Below, piece by piece: positions 45,322 to 55,036 of a DNA stretch of 58,011 nt (the first letter of the stretch is position 1; every line of letters begins with the position of its first letter). Under the pieces are notes generated by a model. The model did no database searches. It was not told where the DNA came from and saw nothing but the letters and a program-made list of their open reading frames with translations. Source of the stretch: a virus (taxonomy: Duplodnaviria; Caudoviricetes); IMG/VR virus record IMGVR_UViG_3300037048_000031, positions 1 to 58,011 of that record. One strand, written 5' to 3'. Both the position numbers and the translations under genes were made by a program.

Positions 45322-45861
45322 TTATTGTAAACTCCCCGTCATTGTTTTTAAAACCTCGCCCCTGCCCTCGATCATATTTAAAACCTTTCCGGCCTCCTGT
45401 TTATCCGGCAGCATCAACCGATCCTCTTTTGCGAGTTCAATCAGATATGCCTCTTTGAGATCCCGGATAAACCATTGCAGTTTTGATTCTTCCACACCGC
45501 AGCACATATTTTGCCAACCACCGAACCGGATATTGATTGCATTAACCATCGGGATGCTTAGTTTCGGTTTTCCGTCGGCGCCCAGGTCCCGGATCTGCTT
45601 AACGACATTGTTGGCTTCGATCTCTGCTGCCTGGTCCGGATCTCCCTCGATGAATTCTTTAAACTCTGCGAAATTCGGCATGCGCCCGAATAGATCCATT
45701 TTTGTGTCAATAATTTTATACGCTGCTTTTCTGACCTGATCGACTGTGATTTTTTTAGAATCAAACATTCTCGACATAATATCCACATATCCGCCCGATA
45801 TCGGCACGTTAAAATTATCCCCGATTCTTTGTAAAATATTTGACAGTTCAACTTTATCCAT
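45322..45861 (-). CDS. Putative helicase loader/inhibitor (lambda P-position protein)
   Basis: GRMPNFAEF...FGGWQNMC; overlaps the initiator gene. Confidence 0.55.
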   Translation of the reverse strand: MDKVELSNILQRIGDNFNVPISGGYVDIMSRMFDSKKITVDQVRKAAYKIIDTKMDLFGRMPNFAEFKEFIEGDPDQAAEIEANNVVKQIRDLGADGKPKLSIPMVNAINIRFGGWQNMCCGVEESKLQWFIRDLKEAYLIELAKEDRLMLPDKQEAGKVLNMIEGRGEVLKTMTGSLQ

Positions 45862-46663
45862 TTCCGGCCTCCCGTTTTTCTATAAAGTTTTGCAACACCA
45901 TGGCGTTTCTCAAACTTTGTTCTTCCGCTTTATTTGGCTTTACACCTGGATGGTCCCTTCGGTTAATACCTTGTTTATTTTCGTCTTTAAACCAGACCTG
46001 AATAAACTTCTGCTTCCAGTTTTTAATTTTTTTACCTCTTGAATCATGCCAGTCTGCAACATGATACGATTCCCACGCCTGTTTTGCTGTTGATTCTTTG
46101 TATCCCTTATCGGTAAAATAACTTATAGCTTCTTCCAAAGTTGGAGGAATGAACTCTATATCTTCTTTCCTTTCCTTTCCTTTCCTTTCCTTTCCTTTCC
46201 TTTGTGGTTTATCACCGCCGGAAACTACGCTTCCTTGTGTGTTTCCTCCGCCGGAAACTGGCAAACCTCCGCCGGAAACGTACTTTTCACGAATTTCAGC
46301 AATGGTAATTATGCGGTTTAATCTCTTACGATAGGCGTCAGAAAGGCTGGTTAAAAGGTCTTGAGAAACAATAACTCCGCCGGAAACCCACAATTCTTTA
46401 TCAATTTTGCCGGTAACTGCCATCATGTCGAGCATATCGGCGCCAGAAACCTCATCAACCTTGCATTTTGAAAAGAAATAAAGCCTGTCTTCCGGGGCTT
46501 TAATACAGAAATGGTGGTCCGCCTGTAATGTTAAAAATCTCATTACATTTGTAAAAAATCCGGTTCCTTTGCACTGATACTTGTTTTCAAGTATGAATAG
46601 CGTCCTGCCATCTCTGGCATAAAACGGAAAATAATCTGCGTCATGCCTCTCTGGCCTTGCCAT
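45854..46663 (-). CDS. Phage replication initiator (O-like)
   Basis: MARP...ADYFPF N-terminus, iteron-coded VSGG repeats, FIPPTLEE...W...KNWK C-terminal domain. Confidence 0.8.
   Translation of the reverse strand: MARPERHDADYFPFYARDGRTLFILENKYQCKGTGFFTNVMRFLTLQADHHFCIKAPEDRLYFFSKCKVDEVSGADMLDMMAVTGKIDKELWVSGGVIVSQDLLTSLSDAYRKRLNRIITIAEIREKYVSGGGLPVSGGGNTQGSVVSGGDKPQRKGKERKGKERKEDIEFIPPTLEEAISYFTDKGYKESTAKQAWESYHVADWHDSRGKKIKNWKQKFIQVWFKDENKQGINRRDHPGVKPNKAEEQSLRNAMVLQNFIEKREAGNG
46166..46387. repeat. Putative replication origin: iterons plus a TTTCC tract
   Basis: CCGCCGGAAAC at 46215, 46248, 46269 and 46377; (TTTCC)n at about 46166-46200. Confidence 0.7.
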
Positions 46664-46786
46664 TTGGCGATACCTCCGTGTATCCTCCGAGATTAGTTCT
46701 CCGGGGAAGCCGGCTCGGAGTGCCGGTTTTCGGTTATAAGCCTATCCCCGGAAAGGGTTGATTTAGAATTATAATTAAAATAATTA

Positions 46787-47017
46787 TCAAACATTTTTAT
46801 CGTTTGAAGTCTCAATAATGTCGCTGTAGATTGTTTGCCAGAATCCGGGACGCGCCTTAATGATGCGGCTGAAGCAATAATATTTTAACGCTCTTGTGAC
46901 GAGTTGGGATCTGTTGATATCCTCGACCCTGCAAACATGATCCGCTATCTCGGTCAGCCATTGTTCAAGCGTAACCGACACCGGTAATTTTTCTTCACTT
47001 AATTTTGGAAGACTCAT
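46787..47017 (-). CDS. Ribbon-helix-helix regulator (cII position)
   Basis: VSVTLEQWL...INRSQLVTRAL. Confidence 0.7.
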   Translation of the reverse strand: MSLPKLSEEKLPVSVTLEQWLTEIADHVCRVEDINRSQLVTRALKYYCFSRIIKARPGFWQTIYSDIIETSNDKNV

Positions 47018-47058
47018 GAGAATTAATCCAATTGATAAGTTTCTTTGTTGTTCGGCAA

Positions 47059-47262
47059 CTAGTTTTGTGGTAGCGTCTCGCCTGGATATAACAGCTCCAT
47101 CCGCGAAACATCGCCCTGCGTCTCTATTTCGATTTTTAATGCGAGCTCCGGACCGGGCCGGCGCAACCCGCAGGACAGTAGGTTGACATAGTTTTTCGTA
47201 GTGCCGATTTTCGCGGCAAATGCCGCACGATCCTTTTTTTTGAGGTATTGTTTTAGCTTCAT
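47059..47262 (-). CDS. cro: Cro-like HTH repressor
   Basis: MKLKQYL...AFAAKIGTTKNYVNLL..G.RRPGPELALKIE..T.G.VS..EL; divergent from cI. Confidence 0.85.
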   Translation of the reverse strand: MKLKQYLKKKDRAAFAAKIGTTKNYVNLLSCGLRRPGPELALKIEIETQGDVSRMELLYPGETLPQN

Positions 47263-47336
47263 GTGTCGATAAATAATCTTATTGATTATTGATGTCAAGA
47301 AAAATTTTCACCATTTTGATTATGCGGGGAAATTAT
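47263..47336. promoter_or_regulatory. OR-like operator/promoter region
   Basis: TAATC-N5-GATTA at 47274-47288, a degenerate copy at 47308-47322, and minus-strand TTGACA at 47298-47293. Confidence 0.75.
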
Positions 47337-47990
47337 ATGATTGATGTTAATTTAAACGACATTAAGCGGAAAAACCTGATGCGTTTAATGGAGGAACGCA
47401 ACCTTCGCCCCATCGATCTCGCACGCCTTATTGACCGCGACCAGGTGTATGTTTCAATGATTTTAAACGATAAAGAAACCGGGGCTCGGCGAAATATCGG
47501 AAACAAAATATTGAAAATTATCTGCGAGAAACTTAATGTTGATGAGAGCGAGATGTATAAATTCTCGTCTGTTCAGTTGCCGGAAAAATATTCAGGGCCG
47601 CTTCCGGTGATATCGTGGGTTAGCGCGGGGCTGTTTGCAGAGGCTTCCGACGAATGGCCTCCGGGCGTTTCCGGCGAGGGAGACCCAGTTCACTCATACA
47701 AAAAAACAGGGCCAAACGCATTTGGGCTGCGCGTTGAGGGCGACAGCATGTATCCGCGATATCTTCCCGGCGACATTATTGTGGTTGACCCCGAAATAGC
47801 CTGTGACAACGGTTGCCCGTGTGTGGCGGTATTAAACGGCGAGGCAACATTTAAATTTTATTACGATACAAAAGATGCTATTATATTGCGACCGATGAAC
47901 AATAAATATCCCGAAATAGTTATTCGTAAAGACAGCCCGGTTGACTTCCGCGTAGTTGGAAAGGTTGTTGATGTTGTTGTAAAAATTTAA
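47337..47990 (+). CDS. cI: CI-like repressor with S24 autopeptidase domain
   Basis: N-terminal HTH, VSAG cleavage site, VEGDSMYP (Ser), ATFK (Lys). Confidence 0.93.
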   Translation: MIDVNLNDIKRKNLMRLMEERNLRPIDLARLIDRDQVYVSMILNDKETGARRNIGNKILKIICEKLNVDESEMYKFSSVQLPEKYSGPLPVISWVSAGLFAEASDEWPPGVSGEGDPVHSYKKTGPNAFGLRVEGDSMYPRYLPGDIIVVDPEIACDNGCPCVAVLNGEATFKFYYDTKDAIILRPMNNKYPEIVIRKDSPVDFRVVGKVVDVVVKI

Positions 47991-48024
47991 ACAAAACAGA
48001 GCATGCCATGGAAGGGTTTTTGAA

Positions 48025-48345
48025 ATGAAAATTAAAATTCTTGTTTCAATGATTTTTGCCTTTATGCTGTTTTCATGTGCCCGAGACCCCTACAGGGGGA
48101 TCACGCCATTTGGCCCCGATACATATACATCAAGCGCAACCCCCAAATTCAGAACGGCCCTCCTGAACAGAGCAAATGAGTTTTGTAAATCAAAAAACCA
48201 GGTAATTATGCCAATAAATGAAGCTACAACAGGCCGGGGCTATTACGTTATAGTGTTTCGCTGTCTAAGCCCTGATGATCCCGATTATGCAAGAAAAGAC
48301 TGGGAGCAAAGCCCGAATGTGGTAATCGAAGACAAGAGAAAATAG
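48025..48345 (+). CDS. Lipoprotein co-transcribed with cI (possible superinfection exclusion)
   Basis: Lipobox LFSC after a hydrophobic signal. Confidence 0.75.
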   Translation: MKIKILVSMIFAFMLFSCARDPYRGITPFGPDTYTSSATPKFRTALLNRANEFCKSKNQVIMPINEATTGRGYYVIVFRCLSPDDPDYARKDWEQSPNVVIEDKRK

Positions 48346-48371
48346 ACCCGATAATTCAGAACATCCCCAAG

Positions 48372-48410
48372 GCCGTTGCAACCTCCTGATTGCAGCGGCT
48401 TTTCTTTTTT
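48372..48410 (+). terminator. Rho-independent terminator
   Basis: GCCGTTGCAA-loop-TTGCAGCGGC followed by a T-rich tract. Confidence 0.8.
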
Positions 48411-48435
48411 CATCTCCCCAACAATCTCAACATCA

Positions 48436-48545
48436 TAATCGTTTTTATTATTAATGCCTTATCTCTTTGCAGAACCCCCCTCGCAAAAAATATTACAAAT
48501 TGATTATTATTTTTCTTGACATCATTAATCTTATTGATTAATTAA
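48436..48545 (+). promoter_or_regulatory. OL-like operators and early promoter
   Basis: TAATC-N5-GATTA at 48526-48540, variants at 48436 and 48492, TTGACA at 48516. Confidence 0.75.
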
Positions 48546-48592
48546 TGACACAAAGCCAAAAAACAAAACCACAAAACGGGAAGGAGGCTTAG

Positions 48593-48790
48593 ATGGCAAA
48601 GAAATTTGAGGCATTCGTTTTGGTCTTTCTGGTTTTTATAACTGGCATCATGGCCGGATACGCCTGGCGAATGGTGCACGAACTCAGAAAGCCCGCGGAC
48701 ACATCTTATCAGCAAATGACGGAGCAGGAGCAGAAGGCTTTTGTTCAGCTTTTGAAGAAACACAAACTGATTGCGAGGGCCGAAAAATGA
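48593..48790 (+). CDS. Small membrane protein, first early gene
   Basis: AGGAGG SD; one transmembrane segment. Confidence 0.65.
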   Translation: MAKKFEAFVLVFLVFITGIMAGYAWRMVHELRKPADTSYQQMTEQEQKAFVQLLKKHKLIARAEK

Positions 48791-48981
48791 AATGGACGGT
48801 TTTTCTTGAGAGCTTGGCGATCCTATTGATGGTCGGAGTAGCGATAAAAATATTGAGAGGTCTAATATGAAGCGATTACCCATAACTGCAAGTCTGGCAT
48901 TAATTTTATGGACATGGATTTTTCTGGCGGTTTACGGCGCTTTCCAAATTTATCTGCACCATATTGCGGGGAGGTTTTAAG

Positions 48982-49305
48982 ATGACACAGCAAGAATTAT
49001 TCCGTTCAGCAGCAAAAAAACTATATATCGACCCGCCATACAGCATGCCGCGTCCATCCCCGGACAAGCTCTTTTCTCCGGGAACACAATCCTACCAATT
49101 ATATGAAAGGCTCCTGCAAGGCGAAGTTACCAATTCCGAAATAGTCCGGCAGATGGGGATATTTAATAGTACGGGGCGCATAAGCGATATTCGGGCAAAA
49201 CTGAAACCCTATTTGATGGATATCGAGGCCAGCAGAATTAATAAGGGATTGTTTAAATACACGCTGAAAGGTCAACCAGCTAATTTTGAAAGGATTGAAA
49301 AATGA
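48982..49305 (+). CDS. Winged-helix DNA-binding protein
   Basis: LYERLLQGEVTNSEI...TGRISDIRAKL; GGAGG SD. Confidence 0.65.
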   Translation: MTQQELFRSAAKKLYIDPPYSMPRPSPDKLFSPGTQSYQLYERLLQGEVTNSEIVRQMGIFNSTGRISDIRAKLKPYLMDIEASRINKGLFKYTLKGQPANFERIEK

Positions 49306-49481
49306 AAGCAGAAGTCAAATTCGATGAATACAAAGGCAAGGCAACTATTTCCATTCCATGTGGAGAAAATTCAAGAACAGGTGAAGTGTATTATTTCAGT
49401 TTCGGCCTGGCAAAAGCGAAGGCAATAATCGAGAACATGGACGAGATTGAAAATTTTATTATTGATAATGAGAAGAAATAA
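49302..49481 (+). CDS. 59-aa hypothetical protein (not in the ORF track)
   Basis: MKAEVKFDEYKGKATISIP...FSFGLAKAKAIIENMDEIENF; ATGA overlap with the upstream gene. Confidence 0.65.
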   Translation: MKAEVKFDEYKGKATISIPCGENSRTGEVYYFSFGLAKAKAIIENMDEIENFIIDNEKK

Positions 49482-49497
49482 CAACAGGGGGTGCATC

Positions 49498-50565
49498 ATG
49501 GCTGAAAAAGAACCTAAAGAGGGAATTTTTTACGAATTAGAAGTAGCGAAAAAAGAGGGCGCAAACCTTTTAATGCCGTCAACTCACATTGCCGGCCTTT
49601 CGGAGTTTCATGCGCCGGTTGTAGAAAAAGTTGTTTTGAGCGCAGACCCGAAAGACGGCGATGTCTATCCGCATAGCTCAGAAGACGACGAAAACAAGCA
49701 AAAATTCAGGCTGACAAAACAGGCGCTGATGAAGTTGAGCGTATGCGCTGGAATCATCTGGTCGGTCGGTGAAACCAAAAGGCTGGACAACAGGTCGGAT
49801 CGTAACTATTGCGCGTTTGCAGCAGTAGGTGGAATTAAAAAAGCTGACGGCCAGCCTGTGTTTTTCAGGGCTGAATACGACATTGATTTTGAAGTTGTAG
49901 AAGAAGAGCTTCGGGAATCCTACGAGGCCAAAGCCAAAAAGTACAAAAAGGATGCAACCGCAAAAGAAAAGGCTGATTATGTCGAATTCTGCGTAAAACG
50001 CGACATGCTTCAAAAGAGAAAGCATAAACTGAAACTGGCAGAAGCCGGGGCCATGAACAGGGTTGTCAGGGAAATATTAGGACTGAAAAACGCATATACG
50101 AAAGCCGAACTTGAAAAGCCCTTTGTTATGGTCAGGATTGTTTTTCGGCCGGATTACAATGATAAAGAGGTTAAAAAGCAGTTGATAGCTGCTCACATCC
50201 AGAGCATGACAGGGATTTACGGTAAGCAGGTAATGGATGCCGCGATTCAGGAATCAGAGCCTATTGATATCACGCCTGAGCCAAACGGGGATGAACTGCC
50301 GGAGAAAGAACTTGAACCCGAAAAAGAGGAAGCCGTCCCATCAGCAGAAGAACGCCAGATCGTTGACTTCCAAAACGGAGACGTTCACGAACAAGCTAAG
50401 TCGCTCACAATTCTTGCGGATCGCAAAGGCTACGATCTTCCGGCTTTCCTGCAAAGATCAAAAATTAAAATCATAGCCGAATTAACTCCCGGCCAGAGAG
50501 TGAACCTTTTCAAGAACCTTTTAAACTTACAGGATAAAGCCAAAGACGACGATATCCCCTTCTAA
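49498..50565 (+). CDS. Hypothetical recombination-module protein (possible ssDNA-annealing protein)
   Basis: Precedes sbcDC; acidic C-terminal DDDIPF tail resembling SSB. Confidence 0.55.
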   Translation: MAEKEPKEGIFYELEVAKKEGANLLMPSTHIAGLSEFHAPVVEKVVLSADPKDGDVYPHSSEDDENKQKFRLTKQALMKLSVCAGIIWSVGETKRLDNRSDRNYCAFAAVGGIKKADGQPVFFRAEYDIDFEVVEEELRESYEAKAKKYKKDATAKEKADYVEFCVKRDMLQKRKHKLKLAEAGAMNRVVREILGLKNAYTKAELEKPFVMVRIVFRPDYNDKEVKKQLIAAHIQSMTGIYGKQVMDAAIQESEPIDITPEPNGDELPEKELEPEKEEAVPSAEERQIVDFQNGDVHEQAKSLTILADRKGYDLPAFLQRSKIKIIAELTPGQRVNLFKNLLNLQDKAKDDDIPF

Positions 50566-50586
50566 ATTGCTGAAAGGATTATACCC

Positions 50587-51762
50587 ATGAAAATATTACA
50601 TACAGGTGATTGGCACCTAAGAGACAAAGATATCGAAGAGGCTGAAAAATGCCTTAACTTCCTGATTGAAACCGCGCGATCAGAGAAAGTTGATCTTATT
50701 ATTAACGCCGGGGACACCTTTGATTCGCAGGAAATTAAGCTGGATTCAAAGGCTGCAAGGCTGGCCATTCGAGTTGTTTCTGAACTGGCCGATATCGCGC
50801 CGGTTGCTATTATAATCGGGACACCAAGTCATGATGGTAAATCGCCGGAGATTCTACAATTCGCAAAAGGTAGGTTTCCAGTCTATGTCGCTTCAATGCC
50901 GGAGCAAATTCATTTGTTTGGCGATAAGTTTTATAAAGCCAGCTCTCCCAAAGCCGATGCAATTATCACGCTGATACCGCAGCCGACGAAACAGTTTTTC
51001 CAGACAGCTTTAGGTATTGCAGAAAGCGATCAGGAAATAGGAAATGCAATGTCGGGGCTGTTTTCTGGATTCGGGGTTCAGGCAGAGGGTTTTGATTGCC
51101 CGCATATCCTAATAGGGCATTTTAACGTGTCGGGCGCGGTTCTCTCAAATAATCAGGTACGCACGGGCATGGATATTGAAATCTCCGTTGAGCAGATTGA
51201 TTTTGCACGTCCGGATCTGGTTTGTCTCGGCCATATCCATAAAAGTCAGAAGCTCGGAAAGCATACCTATTACAGCGGATCTCTTTATCATCAAAATTGG
51301 GGGGAGCTTGAGGCTAAGGGATTTTTCGTTCATGAGGTTGACGCTGTCTCCGGGCACTCCTCAAGATTTATTGAAACTCCCGCAAAGAAAATGACGAGGT
51401 TCAGTCACGACTTTACCGAAGGTGGCGGGCCGATAGATTTTTCCATTGGAGATATTAACGGCTCATTTATCAGGCTGGATTGCAAGGTCTGGCAGGATGA
51501 AGCCGGGGCCATAGACAAGGACGCAATCACTCAGGAGCTGCTCGCGGCCGGCGCCCTCGACGTCGATATCCGTATTGTGAGAATTCCTCGCCAGAACGTC
51601 AGATCGGAAGCGGTACTCAAATCAGAAACACTCAGAGACAAGATTCAGAAAATGGCAGAACTCAAAGAAGAAGAGGTGGAATGGTCTATTCTGATGAAGG
51701 CAGAACTTCTTGAAGACACGTTATCAGATGATCTGATTCAGGCGGTAGGAGGTGCAGCATGA
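50587..51762 (+). CDS. sbcD: SbcD/Mre11-family nuclease
   Basis: HTGDWH, AGDTFD, GTPSHD, GHF, LGHIH, YSGS. Confidence 0.92.
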   Translation: MKILHTGDWHLRDKDIEEAEKCLNFLIETARSEKVDLIINAGDTFDSQEIKLDSKAARLAIRVVSELADIAPVAIIIGTPSHDGKSPEILQFAKGRFPVYVASMPEQIHLFGDKFYKASSPKADAIITLIPQPTKQFFQTALGIAESDQEIGNAMSGLFSGFGVQAEGFDCPHILIGHFNVSGAVLSNNQVRTGMDIEISVEQIDFARPDLVCLGHIHKSQKLGKHTYYSGSLYHQNWGELEAKGFFVHEVDAVSGHSSRFIETPAKKMTRFSHDFTEGGGPIDFSIGDINGSFIRLDCKVWQDEAGAIDKDAITQELLAAGALDVDIRIVRIPRQNVRSEAVLKSETLRDKIQKMAELKEEEVEWSILMKAELLEDTLSDDLIQAVGGAA

Positions 51763-54248
51763 TAATTGAAAAACTACGATTAAAAGGCATGACAGGCATA
51801 AAGAAGGGCCTTGGTCTTGATGAAATAGAAATAGACTTCAACAATATATCCGGACTGGTGGCCCTGGATGGTGTAAACGGATCGGGCAAGAGCACCTGTA
51901 TCGAGTTGCTCTCACCTTTTAATCAGTTAGCGTCCAGGGAAGGGGCCTTATTCCGGCATTGCTACCTTCGAGATTCGGAACGTGAACTCTCTTTTACCTA
52001 TCAGGGACATCATTACAAAACCCTATTAAAAATAGACTGCGATTCCGAAAAGTCCGAGGGCTATATCTGGGTTGATGATGCTCCTGTAGTAAATGGCAAA
52101 ATCTCAGCATACGCAAAATACATGAAAGACCTCTTCGGATCTCCGGAGCTTTTTTATAATTCAGTGTTCTGTAGTCAGAACGCAAAAAAGTTATCCGACA
52201 TGACAACTGGAAAATTAAAGGAATTATTCTCCGAATTTCTCAGACTTGACCGTCTTGTCGAATACGAAAACACAGCAAAACAATGCGCGAATGTAATTAA
52301 TGGGAAAGCAGGTCAGGTTGATATCCGGATCGCGGCGCTGAAAGAAAAGCTCTCGGGAATTGACCAGGCCCGGGCAGATATCGAAGCGCATGAGCAAGGG
52401 CATATTTCTCTTGTTGCTGATCTTGATTGTAAAAAAGCCGAACTGTCAGACTACCGGAAAGCGGTTGAAGGTCTCAAGGAAAAGCTGGTTAAGAATACAA
52501 TTATTTTACAACGGAAGGCAGATATCGCGGAAAATATTGGCAAGCTGCAGAAAGAGTTAGATGCAGAGAAATCAGGGGCAGAAACAGAAATTGAAGCCTT
52601 AAAAGTGAAATATCGTGAGGTTTCTGCAGAACTGGCAAAATTCGAGGCCGTGATATCGCTTGAGACCGCAATTCGGGAGGCGGGTAATACAGAAGCAAGG
52701 CTCGAAAAACAGTTAATAGAAATGAACGCGGAGACCGAGCAGCTTACTGAAGAAATTTCAAAAAGTCTGGCTGAAATTCACAGGCTTGAATCCGAATTGC
52801 TGATTAAAAGACAGTCGGTAAGGGATCTGGATAATGACCCAAAACTCACCGAGCTAACCCGGTTAATTCTTCAAACTCAAAACGACATTGACAGCAAGTT
52901 GATATCTCTTCGAGGTCTGGATAATGACCGGAAATTAATCGATCTGGAACATAAAATTAAACAGCACAAGGAAAGCATTAAAAAACTGGCATTCAGAGAT
53001 CCCGGATGTCCTGAAGGTGAAAATTCCTGTCTGTATATTAAAGATGCCCTCGCTGCCCGTGATGCGCTTCCCGCAGCCGAGGTCGAATATGGGGAAAGAA
53101 AAGCCGAGATCGAAAAGGAACGGTCAGACATACAAGTCGAAATTGATATTTTAAAGGGCAAAAACAAACTGAATGAACGTGATGCAGATGCCAGGCTGCA
53201 AGAAAACATTACCAAACAAGCAGCGTTATCGGGCGGGGCCACAACAATAGAGACGTTAATAAAAGCCGTAAAACATTTCCACCTTCAATATTCTGACCAA
53301 CTAAAAACCACGAAAGAAAACATTCAGACCTATCAAAAGAAGCTGGTCGAAGTCAAAGCCCTTTCGGAACGCAAAGCAGAACTGGAAATAGCAATTACCC
53401 GGAAAGCAGATATCACAGCCAAACTAGAGGAAATAACCGCAGCAGGGAAAACGCTCCGGGCCTCATGGACAGAGAAAGAACAGGCCAAATTGCAGCAGAT
53501 TCAGGAGCTTGTTATTAAACAGTCCGAAATTGACAAGGACATTAATCACGGGGCCGAAACCGAACTCGCAATAACAAAACAAAATATCGATGATGCTGAA
53601 AAACAAATACCATTAATTGAAAAAAAGATTGCCGAAGTCCGGGACCTGATATCGAAAGCCAACCATGATTTATCAAGTATGCTCGATGCCGAAAAAGAAC
53701 TCAATTCTATTCAGGCAGAAAAAACCGAGCTTTTAAAGAACGCTTCCGAATGGACTTACCTTAAAACAGCATGTTCAAAGAACGGATTACAGGCGCTCGA
53801 AATAGACGGAGCTGCACCCCTGATCACATCATTTGCAAACGATCTACTGTCTCAGGCATTCGGGCCTTTGTTCTCTGTTAAGTTCAGAACCCTCGATGAT
53901 GAAGGCAAAGAATGTCTCGACATAGTGACAATAGCGGACGATGGAACCGAGGTTTTGCTCGAAAACCTTTCCGGTGGCCAGAGGGTATGGATCTTAATGG
54001 CGCTCAGGTTGGCCATGACGTTATTAAGTCAGGAGAAATCAGGGCGTGTATATGAATCCGCATTTGCCGATGAAATGGACGGTCCCTTAGATCCCGATAA
54101 TTCGATAAACTTCGTTAAGATGTATCAGGCTTTTATGCAGATAGGGAAATTCAAAACCCTGTATTTTATATCACATAAGCCATCCTGCAGGAACCTTGCA
54201 GATCATATTCTAAAGTTTGAGGCAGGGGAAAATCCGACATGGGCATGA
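51759..54248 (+). CDS. sbcC: SbcC/Rad50-family SMC ATPase
   Basis: GVNGSGKS, long coiled coil, LSGGQ, ADEMDGPLD, ISH. Confidence 0.93.
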   Translation: MIIEKLRLKGMTGIKKGLGLDEIEIDFNNISGLVALDGVNGSGKSTCIELLSPFNQLASREGALFRHCYLRDSERELSFTYQGHHYKTLLKIDCDSEKSEGYIWVDDAPVVNGKISAYAKYMKDLFGSPELFYNSVFCSQNAKKLSDMTTGKLKELFSEFLRLDRLVEYENTAKQCANVINGKAGQVDIRIAALKEKLSGIDQARADIEAHEQGHISLVADLDCKKAELSDYRKAVEGLKEKLVKNTIILQRKADIAENIGKLQKELDAEKSGAETEIEALKVKYREVSAELAKFEAVISLETAIREAGNTEARLEKQLIEMNAETEQLTEEISKSLAEIHRLESELLIKRQSVRDLDNDPKLTELTRLILQTQNDIDSKLISLRGLDNDRKLIDLEHKIKQHKESIKKLAFRDPGCPEGENSCLYIKDALAARDALPAAEVEYGERKAEIEKERSDIQVEIDILKGKNKLNERDADARLQENITKQAALSGGATTIETLIKAVKHFHLQYSDQLKTTKENIQTYQKKLVEVKALSERKAELEIAITRKADITAKLEEITAAGKTLRASWTEKEQAKLQQIQELVIKQSEIDKDINHGAETELAITKQNIDDAEKQIPLIEKKIAEVRDLISKANHDLSSMLDAEKELNSIQAEKTELLKNASEWTYLKTACSKNGLQALEIDGAAPLITSFANDLLSQAFGPLFSVKFRTLDDEGKECLDIVTIADDGTEVLLENLSGGQRVWILMALRLAMTLLSQEKSGRVYESAFADEMDGPLDPDNSINFVKMYQAFMQIGKFKTLYFISHKPSCRNLADHILKFEAGENPTWA

Positions 54249-54418
54249 TAAAAATACCGGAATGGATAATTGTAAAATACAATGTAAAGCCGCAGATTTT
54301 TTATTGTTCAAAATGCGGCCTGAGCAGGGAGCTTCATTTGCCCGCCCCGATAGATGATTTTGTTAAACAGGCCGAGGCTTTTGCCAAATCTCACAAATAT
54401 TGTAAGGAAAAGAAATGA
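54245..54418 (+). CDS. 57-aa zinc-finger protein (not in the ORF track)
   Basis: CSKC...HKYC; ATGA overlaps at both ends. Confidence 0.6.
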   Translation: MIKIPEWIIVKYNVKPQIFYCSKCGLSRELHLPAPIDDFVKQAEAFAKSHKYCKEKK

Positions 54419-54828
54419 ACCCTGTCTTCACCGGGATAGTAACAAAGAACGAGCTTAAATTCGATAAGCCACATAAATTCATAGTCCATAAGGCCAAGTT
54501 TGAAGGAAAGCCTTTTGAACTAATTTTAAGACAGCCGAAATCAAAGCGTTCCTTACAGCAGAATGCCGCGTACTGGGGAATAGTAATTGAGATTTTAAGC
54601 AATCACACAGGATTCGACAAAGACTCAATGCACGACGCTTTAAAGGTTAAGTTCGCAAGCAAGATCGATCCTGATACCGGGCTGACAATTACCGAGAGCA
54701 CAGCCAAGATGGATACAAAACGGTTTATTGAATACTACGAACAGATTCAACGGTGGGCTGCGGAGTTTTTAGGCTGTTATATTCCGAACCCTAACGAGAT
54801 TGATTATCAGGATGGGGATTTTAGATAA
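54415..54828 (+). CDS. NinB/YbcN-like protein
   Basis: KRSLQQNAAYWG...H..LK...STAKM...F..Y...I...A.....IP.P. Confidence 0.75.
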   Translation: MNPVFTGIVTKNELKFDKPHKFIVHKAKFEGKPFELILRQPKSKRSLQQNAAYWGIVIEILSNHTGFDKDSMHDALKVKFASKIDPDTGLTITESTAKMDTKRFIEYYEQIQRWAAEFLGCYIPNPNEIDYQDGDFR

Positions 54829-54841
54829 TGGGAGGATAAAT

Positions 54842-55036
54842 ATGGACTTAAACGAAATGGAACGTGCCGTAAATGAGGCAAATGCAACATTGAGGAAGGC
54901 CGATATTCTTGCAGGGAAGATGCTAAACATAGTTTGTGGAAGGATCAGAAAAGCCAGCGTATCCGACTGGACTTTATGCGAAATCAAAAGGGAACTCAAA
55001 AAATTCAACATGCACACAAAAACGTGGGAGGATTAA
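54842..55036 (+). CDS. Hypothetical protein
   Basis: GGAGG SD. Confidence 0.6.
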   Translation: MDLNEMERAVNEANATLRKADILAGKMLNIVCGRIRKASVSDWTLCEIKRELKKFNMHTKTWED

